From the NCBI GenBank assembly GCA_963770895.1, contig CAVYRF010000001.1, forward strand, positions 1,568,001 to 1,632,000: a stretch of DNA of 64,000 nt, given 5' to 3'. The stretch comes from an uncultured Acidobacteriota bacterium. GTDB taxonomy: Bacteria; Acidobacteriota; Thermoanaerobaculia; Multivoradales; UBA5704. Made by a program: the position numbers and the translations under genes. The notes below the pieces were generated by a model, which was not told the DNA's origin, did not search any database, and saw nothing but the letters and a program-made list of their open reading frames with translations. Shown piece by piece: positions 8,376 through 17,035 of the stretch; position 1 is the stretch's first letter, and each line of letters begins with the position of its first letter.

Positions 8376-10058
8376 ATGTTGGCGAAATCTGCGCAGGATA
8401 GGTCTGCTGGAGGAAGACAGCTTCGCCAGCTTGGACGAGGAGGTTTGCTCGCGCTGGCCCTCTGCTCCGTGAGCATTGTGATGTCGAGTTGCACTACCGG
8501 GATAGGCAAGCCGCCGAAGACCAACCTCATCGTGGCCGATGAGCAGGGGCGCCCGCTGGAACTGTCTCCGCACTATCCGCCGATGGCCCTGGCAAAATAC
8601 GACCTCTACCTGGACGATATATTCAGTGACCTTGAGCGGTATTGCCAAGGACGTGGGTCTGAACCTTGCCGGGTCCTACTGTTCTTCCATGGCGGATTGA
8701 ACAGCCATGACGATTCGGTGTGCCGCGCTGAGAAGTGGCAGGAGACGATCAGGGCAGCTGGCTTTTATCCCATATTTGTCAGCTGGGATTCCTCGTTTCC
8801 TGCGGCTTGGTGGGATCACGTGGCACATGTGCATCAGGGCGTGTGGACCAGCAACAGATGGGTGTGGGCTTCGCCCTACGTCGCGGCAAAGGACGAGCTG
8901 AAGTCAATCGCCGATACACCACTCGAGTGGATGGCCGAAATCCGACACACTTTGCCCACGATGCCTGGATTGGGAGAGACCGGAGATCTCAACAGGAACG
9001 CACACGCCAGTTACGTTGACCTTGTCGATGGTGCCGCAGAGAACCGGGAATCTCGCATCGACATCAATGATCTCCTGGAAGGTGGAGTGCTGGCAGGGGA
9101 CGACCGCACGCTGGGCGAAAAGGTCGCTCCTGTGGCGCTTCTTCCTTTCACTCTAGCGACGAAGCTTCTTGCGCCGCCGCTGATCATCGAGGGGGCGGGA
9201 TCGGGCGCTTGGGACATCATGCGGCGGCGCACCTATCTCCTCTTCCGTACGGAGGCTGAGGCGCAAGCTCAACCGGCCCGGGAGCGACGAGAGGCTCGAA
9301 ATGGCGAAGCGGTGGGCACGGCGCCGGGAGAGTCAGAAGAGATCGAGAAAGCTCGGGACACGGACACCGTGGCGGCGCTAGCATATTTTATCACTCGCAT
9401 GCAGCAGGTCTTCTTGCCGCGGTTCTGTCCAGAAGAATATGGCATGCAAAGAGTGCAGGCGGTCGGAGAGCCGTCGATGCCAATGAGCGTCGAAGAGAAC
9501 GACCTGTCCTGCGACGGACGATTTAAGATAACCCTCGTGGGGCACAGCATGGGCGCGATCATCGTCGATCAGCTCCTTCGCTATGCGCCCATGCTGCCGG
9601 TCGAGAACATCGTGTTTATGGCGGGAGCAACCACGGTCGAGGATTACAAGGATACGGTCGAGCCCTTTCTCGAAGGTCACCCAGAGACCCAAATGTATCA
9701 TCTGATTCTGCATCCCGGAGCTGAGGTCGCAGAGACAAATTGGTTAGATCTGGCACCTCGCGGCTCTCTGTTGGTGTGGATCGACAACTATTTCACAGAT
9801 CCAGTGACTCGGCAGGAGCGTACGGTGGGACGCTTCCTCAATTTAATGCCCGAGTTGACCAATACTCCGAATTCGATTCGAGCACAAGTGCATGTGAAGG
9901 TCTTTCACTTCGGAGCCGATGGGCAGAAGTGGAATCCTCAAAAGCACGGTGATTTCAGCATCTTTCCCTTCTGGGATAAGGCCTTCTGGAATCCGGAGGT
10001 CGAGAGCGGTGATGGCGCTCCGGAGAGACTTGCTCCCCCGCAGTGCGACGGCCAGTAG
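8376..10058 (+). CDS. Putative lipoprotein alpha/beta hydrolase, lower GC than its surroundings
   Basis: Lipobox-like IVMSS-C; FFHGGLN; nucleophile elbow GHSMG followed by VFMAGA; late 'KHGDF'. Many A/T-ending codons compared with neighbours. GGAGG RBS upstream. Confidence 0.72.
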   Translation: MLAKSAQDRSAGGRQLRQLGRGGLLALALCSVSIVMSSCTTGIGKPPKTNLIVADEQGRPLELSPHYPPMALAKYDLYLDDIFSDLERYCQGRGSEPCRVLLFFHGGLNSHDDSVCRAEKWQETIRAAGFYPIFVSWDSSFPAAWWDHVAHVHQGVWTSNRWVWASPYVAAKDELKSIADTPLEWMAEIRHTLPTMPGLGETGDLNRNAHASYVDLVDGAAENRESRIDINDLLEGGVLAGDDRTLGEKVAPVALLPFTLATKLLAPPLIIEGAGSGAWDIMRRRTYLLFRTEAEAQAQPARERREARNGEAVGTAPGESEEIEKARDTDTVAALAYFITRMQQVFLPRFCPEEYGMQRVQAVGEPSMPMSVEENDLSCDGRFKITLVGHSMGAIIVDQLLRYAPMLPVENIVFMAGATTVEDYKDTVEPFLEGHPETQMYHLILHPGAEVAETNWLDLAPRGSLLVWIDNYFTDPVTRQERTVGRFLNLMPELTNTPNSIRAQVHVKVFHFGADGQKWNPQKHGDFSIFPFWDKAFWNPEVESGDGAPERLAPPQCDGQ

Positions 10059-10081
10059 CGCGCTTGCCCACCGTTGTGGCT

Positions 10082-10118
10082 GGGCGCGCTCCCTGAACGT
10101 GATCTCAGGGTCGCGCCC
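10082..10118 (+). terminator. GC-rich hairpin after the hydrolase gene (possible terminator or REP-like element)
   Basis: GGGCGCG..CCCTGA-loop-TCAGGG..CGCGCCC inverted repeat 24 nt after the stop; no U-tract. Confidence 0.3.
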
Positions 10119-10349
10119 GCTACGCGTTTCCGTGGGACCTTGGGCTGGGGGCACTATGCTCCAGCGAAAGACTGAATCCCTAAACGGTCTACCGTCCTCC
10201 GATCCGGGGCAACACCAGTACCGCCGAGTCAGCTGCCGCAGTCAGCAGACTCTGGAGTGCCAGGAAGTGACCATGCTGGAGGGTGCTTTACCCAGGCGGC
10301 TTGGACCCGCGGCTGTCGACTGGTAGCATCCCTGCTCGACCTCTTGCCG

Positions 10350-10730
10350 ATGCCCGCGACGACAACCCTCTACCGCCCGGTGGGCTTTTTCGAGCTGGAG
10401 CTGATCGCCGCGCGGAGCTTCGCTGCCTTTCCACCGCGGCTGCCGCACCAGCCGTTCTTCTACCCGGTATTGAACGCGGACTACGCAACCCAGATCGCCC
10501 GCGACTGGAACACCCGCGACGCGGCCTCGGGCTTCGCCGGTTACGTGACTCGCTTCGCAGTTGACTCCGCTTTCCTCGCTCGCTACGAGGTTCACACCGT
10601 CGGGGGACGTTTGCACCAGGAGTATTGGATTCCCGCCGAGGAGCTGGACGCATTCAATGCGCACCTGGTCGGCAGCATCGAGGTGATCGCGGAGTTCCGC
10701 TCCGGGTCGCCGGACGACTCTTCGCGCTAA
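10350..10730 (+). CDS. Conserved small protein of the family often annotated 'ADP-ribosylation/crystallin J1'
   Basis: Recognisable motifs TLYRPVG..EL.LI, FPPRLP.QP.FYPVLN..YA.QIARDWN, GYVTRF.V, H.EYWIPAEEL..FN. ATG at 10350. Confidence 0.8.
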   Translation: MPATTTLYRPVGFFELELIAARSFAAFPPRLPHQPFFYPVLNADYATQIARDWNTRDAASGFAGYVTRFAVDSAFLARYEVHTVGGRLHQEYWIPAEELDAFNAHLVGSIEVIAEFRSGSPDDSSR

Positions 10731-10796
10731 ATAAAAATCCATCCGCCATGGCGAATTCGTGCGGCGTCGGCTCCAAGCCTCGATGCCGATACAGAG

Positions 10797-11777
10797 GTGA
10801 CGAACATGCCTACGAGATCATCGGTGTCAGGCGACATGGCGCGGCGGCGGCTCGCCGTCGGCGTCCTTGTGGCGGTCGCCGCGGGGGCCGGGCTGGCTGC
10901 GTTCGCCAGCTCGGGCGGCGCGGGTATCGTGCCCACCAAGCGGCAGACAATCCAGCTCACGTATCTGGGGAACGCGGGGTGGCAGATCGAGGATGGTCAC
11001 GGCGTGGTGCTCGTCGATCCGTACATCTCTCAGTTCAAGGTGCCGCGCGCCAGCTTCGCAAGCTCGTTTGACGAGGAGGATGAGATTGTGGAGCCCGACA
11101 CGGCGGGCATCGATGCGCGGATTCATCGGGCGGACTACATTCTCATCACCCACGGCCACCCCGATCACATGCTGGACGCGCCGTATATTGCCAGGAAGAC
11201 GGGCGCGGTGATCGTTGGCAGTGGGACCGCGGCGAATCTCGCTCGGGCTTATGACGTGCCCGACGAGAAGCTGATTACCGTGCGGGGAGGGGAAGACTAC
11301 GAGTTCGGCGGGTTCTCGTTGCGGGTGATCCCCAGCCTGCATTCCCCGCTCCTTCAGAAGCGCTACTACAACAGGCCGTGGGCGGGTGTGGCGCCGCGCG
11401 GGCTCAAGGCGCCGCTGCATGCCTCGGCGTTCGTCGAAGGGGGCAGCTTTGCCTATCTGCTGCGCATGGGCGGCCATACGATGCTCATCATGGGAACGAT
11501 GAATTTCATCGAGCGCGAGATGGACGGACTGCGGCCCGACATCGCCCTGGTCGGCGCCGGTGCCTCGCGGAAGGAAAGCTACGACTATGCCGGTCGGCTG
11601 ATGCGATCCCTCGGCCATCCCGCCGTGGTCCTCCCCACGCACTGGGACTCCTGGGTTACGGCGTCCGACGAGAAGGCACGGCAAGGCGCTCTGGAATTCG
11701 CCGCCGAGATCAAGGCTGCCTCGCCCGGGACGCGCGTTCTCATTCCTGACTACTTCAAGCCGATCGCGCTGCCCTGA
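10797..11777 (+). CDS. Exported MBL-fold metallo-hydrolase (UlaG-like)
   Basis: RRR plus hydrophobic signal; YLGNAGW; LVDPY; metal motif THGHPDH; PSLHS; PTHWD. Confidence 0.88.
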   Translation: MTNMPTRSSVSGDMARRRLAVGVLVAVAAGAGLAAFASSGGAGIVPTKRQTIQLTYLGNAGWQIEDGHGVVLVDPYISQFKVPRASFASSFDEEDEIVEPDTAGIDARIHRADYILITHGHPDHMLDAPYIARKTGAVIVGSGTAANLARAYDVPDEKLITVRGGEDYEFGGFSLRVIPSLHSPLLQKRYYNRPWAGVAPRGLKAPLHASAFVEGGSFAYLLRMGGHTMLIMGTMNFIEREMDGLRPDIALVGAGASRKESYDYAGRLMRSLGHPAVVLPTHWDSWVTASDEKARQGALEFAAEIKAASPGTRVLIPDYFKPIALP

Positions 11778-11905
11778 TGCCGGCGGCGATGTGCGGGTGG
11801 GGTCGCCTTGGCTCGTGCTCAAGGTCAACCAACCCCTCTCCCGAAGGAAAGGGGCTCGAGGCAGGACGGTGTGGAGAAAAGGGGTGCCGCAGCGAAGCCC
11901 TTCGA

Positions 11906-12058
11906 CTAGGGGGGGTGGACAAAGACGGTATTGGTCATGTGCGAGACCGGTGAAATTGGATACCCCACTGCGAGGCCCTCGATCTCGCGTGATCCCAGGG
12001 GCAGCAGGGTCTCTTTGGCGATCCTCAGCCTCTTCATCTCCGTCTTCTGCTTTTTCAT
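11906..12058 (-). CDS. Cys-free RiPP precursor peptide with class I lanthipeptide-type leader (50 aa; not in ORF track)
   Basis: Hand translation: MKKQKTEMKRLRIAKETLLPLGSREIEGLAVGYPISPVSHMTNTVFVHPP*. Leader LRIAKETLLPL fits LxLxKx5L and aligns with the 272-463 precursor. AAGGAG RBS at 12067-12072. Lies 111 nt downstream of the LanC-like gene on the same strand. Confidence 0.8.
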   Translation of the reverse strand: MKKQKTEMKRLRIAKETLLPLGSREIEGLAVGYPISPVSHMTNTVFVHPP

Positions 12059-12169
12059 CGTCGGTGCTCCTTTCCCCGGCCGTTCTTGTCGGTCAGGAAT
12101 GAACGTTCACCTAAAGATGAAGGTGCGCGAGGCCACCAAATAGCGCACGACGTTCTCGCGGGATGCGTT

Positions 12170-13435
12170 TCAGGAGAGGGGCTCCAGGCGGAGAGGCGAG
12201 AGCAGCAGGATCCGGTCCCACCGGGGATCGACGCCGGTCGCGGCGCCCAGCAGGACCAGGCCGATGCCGCTGGCGCCTCCCAGGAAGCCCAGGTCCGCAC
12301 CGCCCGGTCGGCCCGCTGGATCCACCGGCGAGAACCCGCCGACGCCCGTCCCGGGCACTCGCATCTCCAGGAGGCGAAGGATCTCCCGGCGGGCAGCGCG
12401 CCGGAACACCGGCCGGCCCGTCTGCTGGTAGAGGCGCGCGAAGATCTGCGCGTAGCCCGCCGGTCCGAAGCCGATGCCGGGATGGCGCTCCGGCACCTCG
12501 TCCATGCGCGCGGCCTCCTGTGTGGCCACCAAAAGGGCTTCCTCCAGGAGGTCCGCATCTCCAAGCGCCCGGGCGGCGTGGGCAAGCGCCGCCGCAATGC
12601 CCGCATCCGCGTAGGCCCACCCCGGGTCGAGGCCTTGAGCTACCGGCGGCCGGCCGGGAGCGACCGCCCAGGGAAAGGCGCGCGGTCCGCCGTCCGGCAG
12701 GCGCTGCCGGCGCAGCCAGTGGACCGTGTCGAGCAGCAGCGGGCGCGCCGTGTCGGTTTCGATCCCCTCCTCCGTAGCGCTGGCCAGGAAGGCGATCACG
12801 CCCGCGACGCCGTGCGCGAGCCCCAGGTTGAAATGGCCCTCGGGGCACCAGCTCCGGTTTCCGCTCTGCGGCGGGCTATGCCAGGCAAGACCCTCGGCGG
12901 CGATCTGCTGGCGTGCCGCCAACCGCTCGACGGCCCTCGTTACCAGCGGGCGGCTTGCGGATTCGAAGCCGTACGCCCCCAGCCCGAGGAGACCATCGAG
13001 CAGATCGTACGGCTCAGCGATGTCCCCGGGGCCCTGCAGATACCCCAGCAACTCTTCGTCGAGGGCCTGCGTGGCGTCCGCGGCGCCCTCGACCCCGAGC
13101 ACCCTCGCCGCGTGATGGAGGATCCAGGCAAGTCCGGCGGCGCCTCGATGGAGGCACATCGGCAGGCGCTCGCCGCCGCCGGCGAGGTCGATGGCGGCGT
13201 CGAGCAGGGTCTGCGCCGCCAGGGCGTCGCCGGTCTCGCCCGTGGCTCGCGCCAGGTAGGTCAGGCACAGAGCTGAGGATGCCAGGTCCCAGACCGATGC
13301 GGAGGCCTGCGCCGGCAGTAGGAGCCGGCGGAGATCGCCGGCGATCGCGCCGACCGCCGCCAGGGCGCGCCGGCGATCCTGCGGGGCGAGACAAGGGCGC
13401 CACGGGAGCGACTCGCGAAACCGCCGCGCAGCCAC
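12170..13435 (-). CDS. LanC-like protein lacking the Zn-binding Cys/Cys/His ligands
   Basis: LanC motifs YDLLDGLLG, NLGLAHGVAGV and C-terminal LGFLGGASGIGLVLL...WDRILLLS are present. WCYG is replaced by WAYA (12608-12619) and CHG by GFG (12464-12472). Confidence 0.88.
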   Translation of the reverse strand: MAARRFRESLPWRPCLAPQDRRRALAAVGAIAGDLRRLLLPAQASASVWDLASSALCLTYLARATGETGDALAAQTLLDAAIDLAGGGERLPMCLHRGAAGLAWILHHAARVLGVEGAADATQALDEELLGYLQGPGDIAEPYDLLDGLLGLGAYGFESASRPLVTRAVERLAARQQIAAEGLAWHSPPQSGNRSWCPEGHFNLGLAHGVAGVIAFLASATEEGIETDTARPLLLDTVHWLRRQRLPDGGPRAFPWAVAPGRPPVAQGLDPGWAYADAGIAAALAHAARALGDADLLEEALLVATQEAARMDEVPERHPGIGFGPAGYAQIFARLYQQTGRPVFRRAARREILRLLEMRVPGTGVGGFSPVDPAGRPGGADLGFLGGASGIGLVLLGAATGVDPRWDRILLLSPLRLEPLS

Positions 13436-13439
13436 GTCT

Positions 13440-13514
13440 TTATGTGGCCTCCGCGACCGGCCGCCTACCCACCTGGACGTGTTGCCTCTGTCTCCTGATC
13501 TGCAGCGTCTTCAT
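13440..13514 (-). CDS. Putative 24-aa basic peptide immediately upstream of the LanC-like gene
   Basis: ATG at 13514 with GGAGG 6 nt upstream; MKTLQIRRQRQHVQVGRRPVAEAT*; stop lies 4 nt before the LanC GTG. Confidence 0.35.
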   Translation of the reverse strand: MKTLQIRRQRQHVQVGRRPVAEAT

Positions 13515-13904
13515 CTCTGGCCTCCGTCGTGGGCAGTCCTGGCTCGCCGTTCAGGTCAGCGCGCAGGTGGCGGTGCGGCAGTCGCGCCCGGCGCAGGTGG
13601 CGGCGCGGCGGGTGGAGCGGCGCGCAGGGACGGCCCCGTAGACCGCCGCCGTTCGCCAGTCCTTATACGTGACGGCGGCATCCGGCGTCACTGCGGCGGC
13701 GCGCGGGGCCTCAGGCGCGGACGGCGCCTGGGCCAAGGTGGCGACGCTCGGAACCTGACCCAGGGAGCCGGCCGAAAAGAGCCTCGGCCATGCCATACGG
13801 ACGTGGTAGCATTCCATGTGAAGCTATTGCAACAATAATCCGCACGGACAGCTCCTGCGCCATTTGAACGCCCCCGCCGGCGCGGAAACCACCAAGGAGA
13901 TCTC

Positions 13905-14807
13905 ATGCCGACCTTGATCCTGGCTGCGGCCCTGTGGGCGTTGCTGGCCACGCCCGCGCCGCTGCCGGTTGCCGAGGATTTCGTCGTGCGCTTCGATCGG
14001 CCCCTGGTTGCCGGGGCCGAAATGCGGGTGACGGAAACCCTGACCAACTCCTCGACGGCCTCGGTGAGCGGCATCGACATGCCGGCGCCCACCGAGCAGC
14101 GCGCGGTTCTCCACCTGGACGCCGCCGTCAAGGTCCTGGAAGTCGGCCCCAAGGGGACGCCGCGGCACGCGACGGTGACCGTGCGCCAGCTGACCCGCGA
14201 GGATCGAGGCACAACCACCGAGTTGCTCGCGCCCGGCTTGACCGTCGATGCCCACCTGGAAAATGGCAAGAAGGTCTTTACCCTCGACGGCAAACCGCTC
14301 GATGGCGATGCGAAGGCGGTCCTCGCGGGCGCCGGCATCGTGACCACCGAGGGACCAACCGATGACGAGATCATGGGCTCCGGCCAGCGCCGCCGCATCG
14401 GCGACAGCTGGCCGGTCAAGACCGAGGCAGTGGCGCGGCTTCTGGGCGACACCTTTCCGGTGCGGCCGGAGAGCTTCTCAGGGATGGTCACCCTCGCCGC
14501 CAAAGCCGAGATCCGGCACATCCCTTGCCTCGAATACCACGCCAAGATCGAAGGCAAGGATTTCCGCTTTCCCGCCGACGGCCTCCCCGCCGGCTTCGAA
14601 GCCGGGCAGGCGAACCTGGTGGCCACGCTCTCGGAGCTTGTGCCCCTCGACCTGGCAGCCCCGGTACCGAGCGTCGACTACTCCCTGAACCTGCATGTTG
14701 CCTTTCCGGGCACCCTGGCCGGCAAGAAGGTGACCATGACCCTGGACATGCGCGTCAAAAGCCACGCCGAGACCCTGCCGCTCATCCCCCTCCCGCCGTC
14801 AAGCTGA
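13905..14807 (+). CDS. Secreted hypothetical protein (beta-rich)
   Basis: AAGGAG RBS; signal peptide MPTLILAAALWALLA; GC3-biased coding frame; no recognisable catalytic motif. Confidence 0.75.
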   Translation: MPTLILAAALWALLATPAPLPVAEDFVVRFDRPLVAGAEMRVTETLTNSSTASVSGIDMPAPTEQRAVLHLDAAVKVLEVGPKGTPRHATVTVRQLTREDRGTTTELLAPGLTVDAHLENGKKVFTLDGKPLDGDAKAVLAGAGIVTTEGPTDDEIMGSGQRRRIGDSWPVKTEAVARLLGDTFPVRPESFSGMVTLAAKAEIRHIPCLEYHAKIEGKDFRFPADGLPAGFEAGQANLVATLSELVPLDLAAPVPSVDYSLNLHVAFPGTLAGKKVTMTLDMRVKSHAETLPLIPLPPSS

Positions 14808-15380
14808 CCGCCGCGGGCAGGGAGACAAGGGTGCGGGCCAGGGCGAGCGCCTGGGTGCAGATCTCGGGCATGGCGATCGATTCCCAGAGGGCCGGGATGC
14901 GGAGCGGCCCGAGCGTGAACAGGCCGGGTACGGGGCGGCCGGCGGAGTCCAGGAACTGACCGTCGGGATCGGTTTCGCAACCGAGGCGCAGCGGGTCGGG
15001 CACGAGCAGGCCGGCAGCGCGCAGCTCGGCGATGAGCGGCAGGCGGCTGGCCGAAACGTCGCGCGCCGGTCCGGTGCAGTTGAAGATGCGCTCGACGGAC
15101 AGGGTGCGTTGCGCTCCCTCCGGATCGCGCCAGGTCAACAGGGCGGCGCCGCCCTGGTCCCGCGCGGCTTCGAGCCGCCCGCGGTGCAAGGTGAGAATCC
15201 CCCGCGCCACCAGGCTGTCGATCTCGGCCGCCACCTCGGGTGCCATGCGGTGGCGGTGCATGTCCCAGAGGTTGCGGGCGTGGCGCAGGAACGTGCCGCG
15301 CTTGGCGAGGCTCCAGCTCTGCCAGATGCCGGCGGTATGCGGACGCAGACTGTCGACGACGGCCCGCCAGTCGGAGCACA
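14782..15380 (-). pseudogene. C-terminal fragment of a FAD/NAD(P)-binding oxidoreductase (YdhS-like)
   Basis: Motifs DWRAVVDSLRP, W..HRHRMAPEV, IFNCTGP, GLF.LGPL, WESIAMPEI. The N-terminal GxGxxG FAD-binding half is absent and similarity stops abruptly near 15380. Confidence 0.7.
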
Positions 15381-15469
15381 GATTGGGCGCCGCCAGGGGT
15401 CGTGCAATTGCGATTGGCTTACTATCACTAAGGAAGTAGATGACGCCGCACCTCTGAGGGGGGAATGAT

Positions 15470-17035
15470 ATGAGACTCGACCTGCTTCGTCGCCGCATCC
15501 GTCTGCCCATCCGGCTGCTGCTCGCCAGCGCCGGCCTGGTGCTGTCGCTCGACCTGGGCCGCGCGGCGGCCATGGCGGCGGCCCACCGCGTTGCCGAACC
15601 GGCCCCGCCGACCGCCTTGCCCGCGAGCGCGGCATCCGCCAGCCAGGGGATGTGGTCGCCGCTCATCAACTTCGAACCGGCGGTGGTCGCCATCCACACC
15701 AGCGTCCTTCCCAATGGGAAGCTGCTGTTGTGGGAGCGGTTTCCGGGCCAGCCGGAGCCGCAGTGGTCCAACACCTACGTCTGGGATCCGGCAGGCACAC
15801 CGCTCAACAAGCTCAAGGACATCAAGAACACCTTCGCCAACGTCTTCTGCGCCGGTCACAACTTCCTGCCGGACGGCAGGCTCCTGGTCGCGGGCGGCCA
15901 CGACAGGTTCGACGGCTGGGGCACCAAGACCCTGCTGTTCTTCGATTCCCGGACGGAGCAATGGAGCCGCGGGCCGGACATGAACAAGGGGCGCTGGTAC
16001 CCGACCACCACCGCGCTCGCCAACGGGGACGTGCTGGCGATCAGCGGCGAGGCCCAGGGTGACGTCGAGGCTCCCAGCTTCAACGATCTGCCGCAGGTCT
16101 GGAACGGGACCCTGTGGCGCGACCTGACCGACGCCCGCCGCAGGCAGAGCCTCTACCCCTGGATGCTGCTGGTCCCCAGCGGCAAGGTCTTCTGGGCCGG
16201 GCCGGAGGCGGCGACGGCCTTCCTGGATACGTCCGGGAAAGGGACGTGGTCGGACGGGCCGGCCAGGCCGGGCGACCTGTACCGCGACTACGGCTCCGCG
16301 ATCCAGTATGAGCCGGGCAAGGTGCTGGTCGTCGGCGGCGGCGACCCGCCCACCAACACCGCCATGAAGATCGATCTCAACGCCGATGCGCCGGTCTGGC
16401 AGACCGCCGGCTCGATGCGGTACGCCCGCCGCCAGCTCAACGCCACGCTGTTGCCGGACGGCAAGGTGCTGGTGACCGGCGGCACCAGCTCGCCCGGCTT
16501 CAACAACGGCGCGGTACCGGTGCGCGCCACGGAGCTGTGGGATCCACAGACCGGGCAGTGGTCGGAGCTGGCCCCCTTTTCCCAGGACGTCAAGCGGCTC
16601 TATCACTCCACCGCGGCCCTGCTGCCCGACGGCAGGGTGCTGAGCGCCGGCGGCGGGCTGCCGGCAGCGGACAACGACAACAACCGCAACTACCCCAACG
16701 CCCAGGTCTTCTCGCCGCCCTACCTGTTCGCGGGCGCTCGCCCCTCCATCGCCTCGCTGCCGCCGACCCTGCGCTACGGCACCAGGTTCATCGTCAAGAC
16801 GCCAGACGCGGCGAGCATCCGTCAGGTGACGCTGCTACGGCTGGGCTCGGTCACCCATGCTTTCGATCAGAGCCAGCGCTTCGTGCGGCTGGCGCCGCCC
16901 GCGCAGGTGCCGGGCGGTCTCGAGGTGACCGCGCCGGCGCGGGGCGAGATCGCCCCCCCGGGTCCCTACCTGCTGTTCATCCTCAACGGCGCGGGTGTGC
17001 CGTCGGTGGCCAAGGTCGTCGAGCTCGGGAAATGA
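15470..17035 (+). CDS. Copper radical oxidase (galactose oxidase/glyoxal oxidase, CAZy AA5-like), Kelch propeller plus C-terminal Ig-like domain
   Basis: Signal peptide; FCAGH (cross-link Cys), RWYPT (Tyr), LYPW, RLYHSTA (Tyr/His Cu ligands), SVTHAF (His), APPGPYLLF. Confidence 0.92.
   Translation: MRLDLLRRRIRLPIRLLLASAGLVLSLDLGRAAAMAAAHRVAEPAPPTALPASAASASQGMWSPLINFEPAVVAIHTSVLPNGKLLLWERFPGQPEPQWSNTYVWDPAGTPLNKLKDIKNTFANVFCAGHNFLPDGRLLVAGGHDRFDGWGTKTLLFFDSRTEQWSRGPDMNKGRWYPTTTALANGDVLAISGEAQGDVEAPSFNDLPQVWNGTLWRDLTDARRRQSLYPWMLLVPSGKVFWAGPEAATAFLDTSGKGTWSDGPARPGDLYRDYGSAIQYEPGKVLVVGGGDPPTNTAMKIDLNADAPVWQTAGSMRYARRQLNATLLPDGKVLVTGGTSSPGFNNGAVPVRATELWDPQTGQWSELAPFSQDVKRLYHSTAALLPDGRVLSAGGGLPAADNDNNRNYPNAQVFSPPYLFAGARPSIASLPPTLRYGTRFIVKTPDAASIRQVTLLRLGSVTHAFDQSQRFVRLAPPAQVPGGLEVTAPARGEIAPPGPYLLFILNGAGVPSVAKVVELGK

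Noticed and set aside
12100-12109. Perfect palindrome TGAACGTTCA between the LanC-like gene and the precursor
   Set aside because: Only 10 bp, single copy and no regulator nearby; could be chance.
13551-13817. 88-aa minus-strand ORF ending ATCAGRDCRTATCALT as the Cys-containing substrate of the LanC-like enzyme
   Set aside because: No RBS and no leader motif; the Cys/Thr pattern comes from a short direct repeat (GCGCAGGTGGCGG at 13561 and 13601). Not fully excluded.
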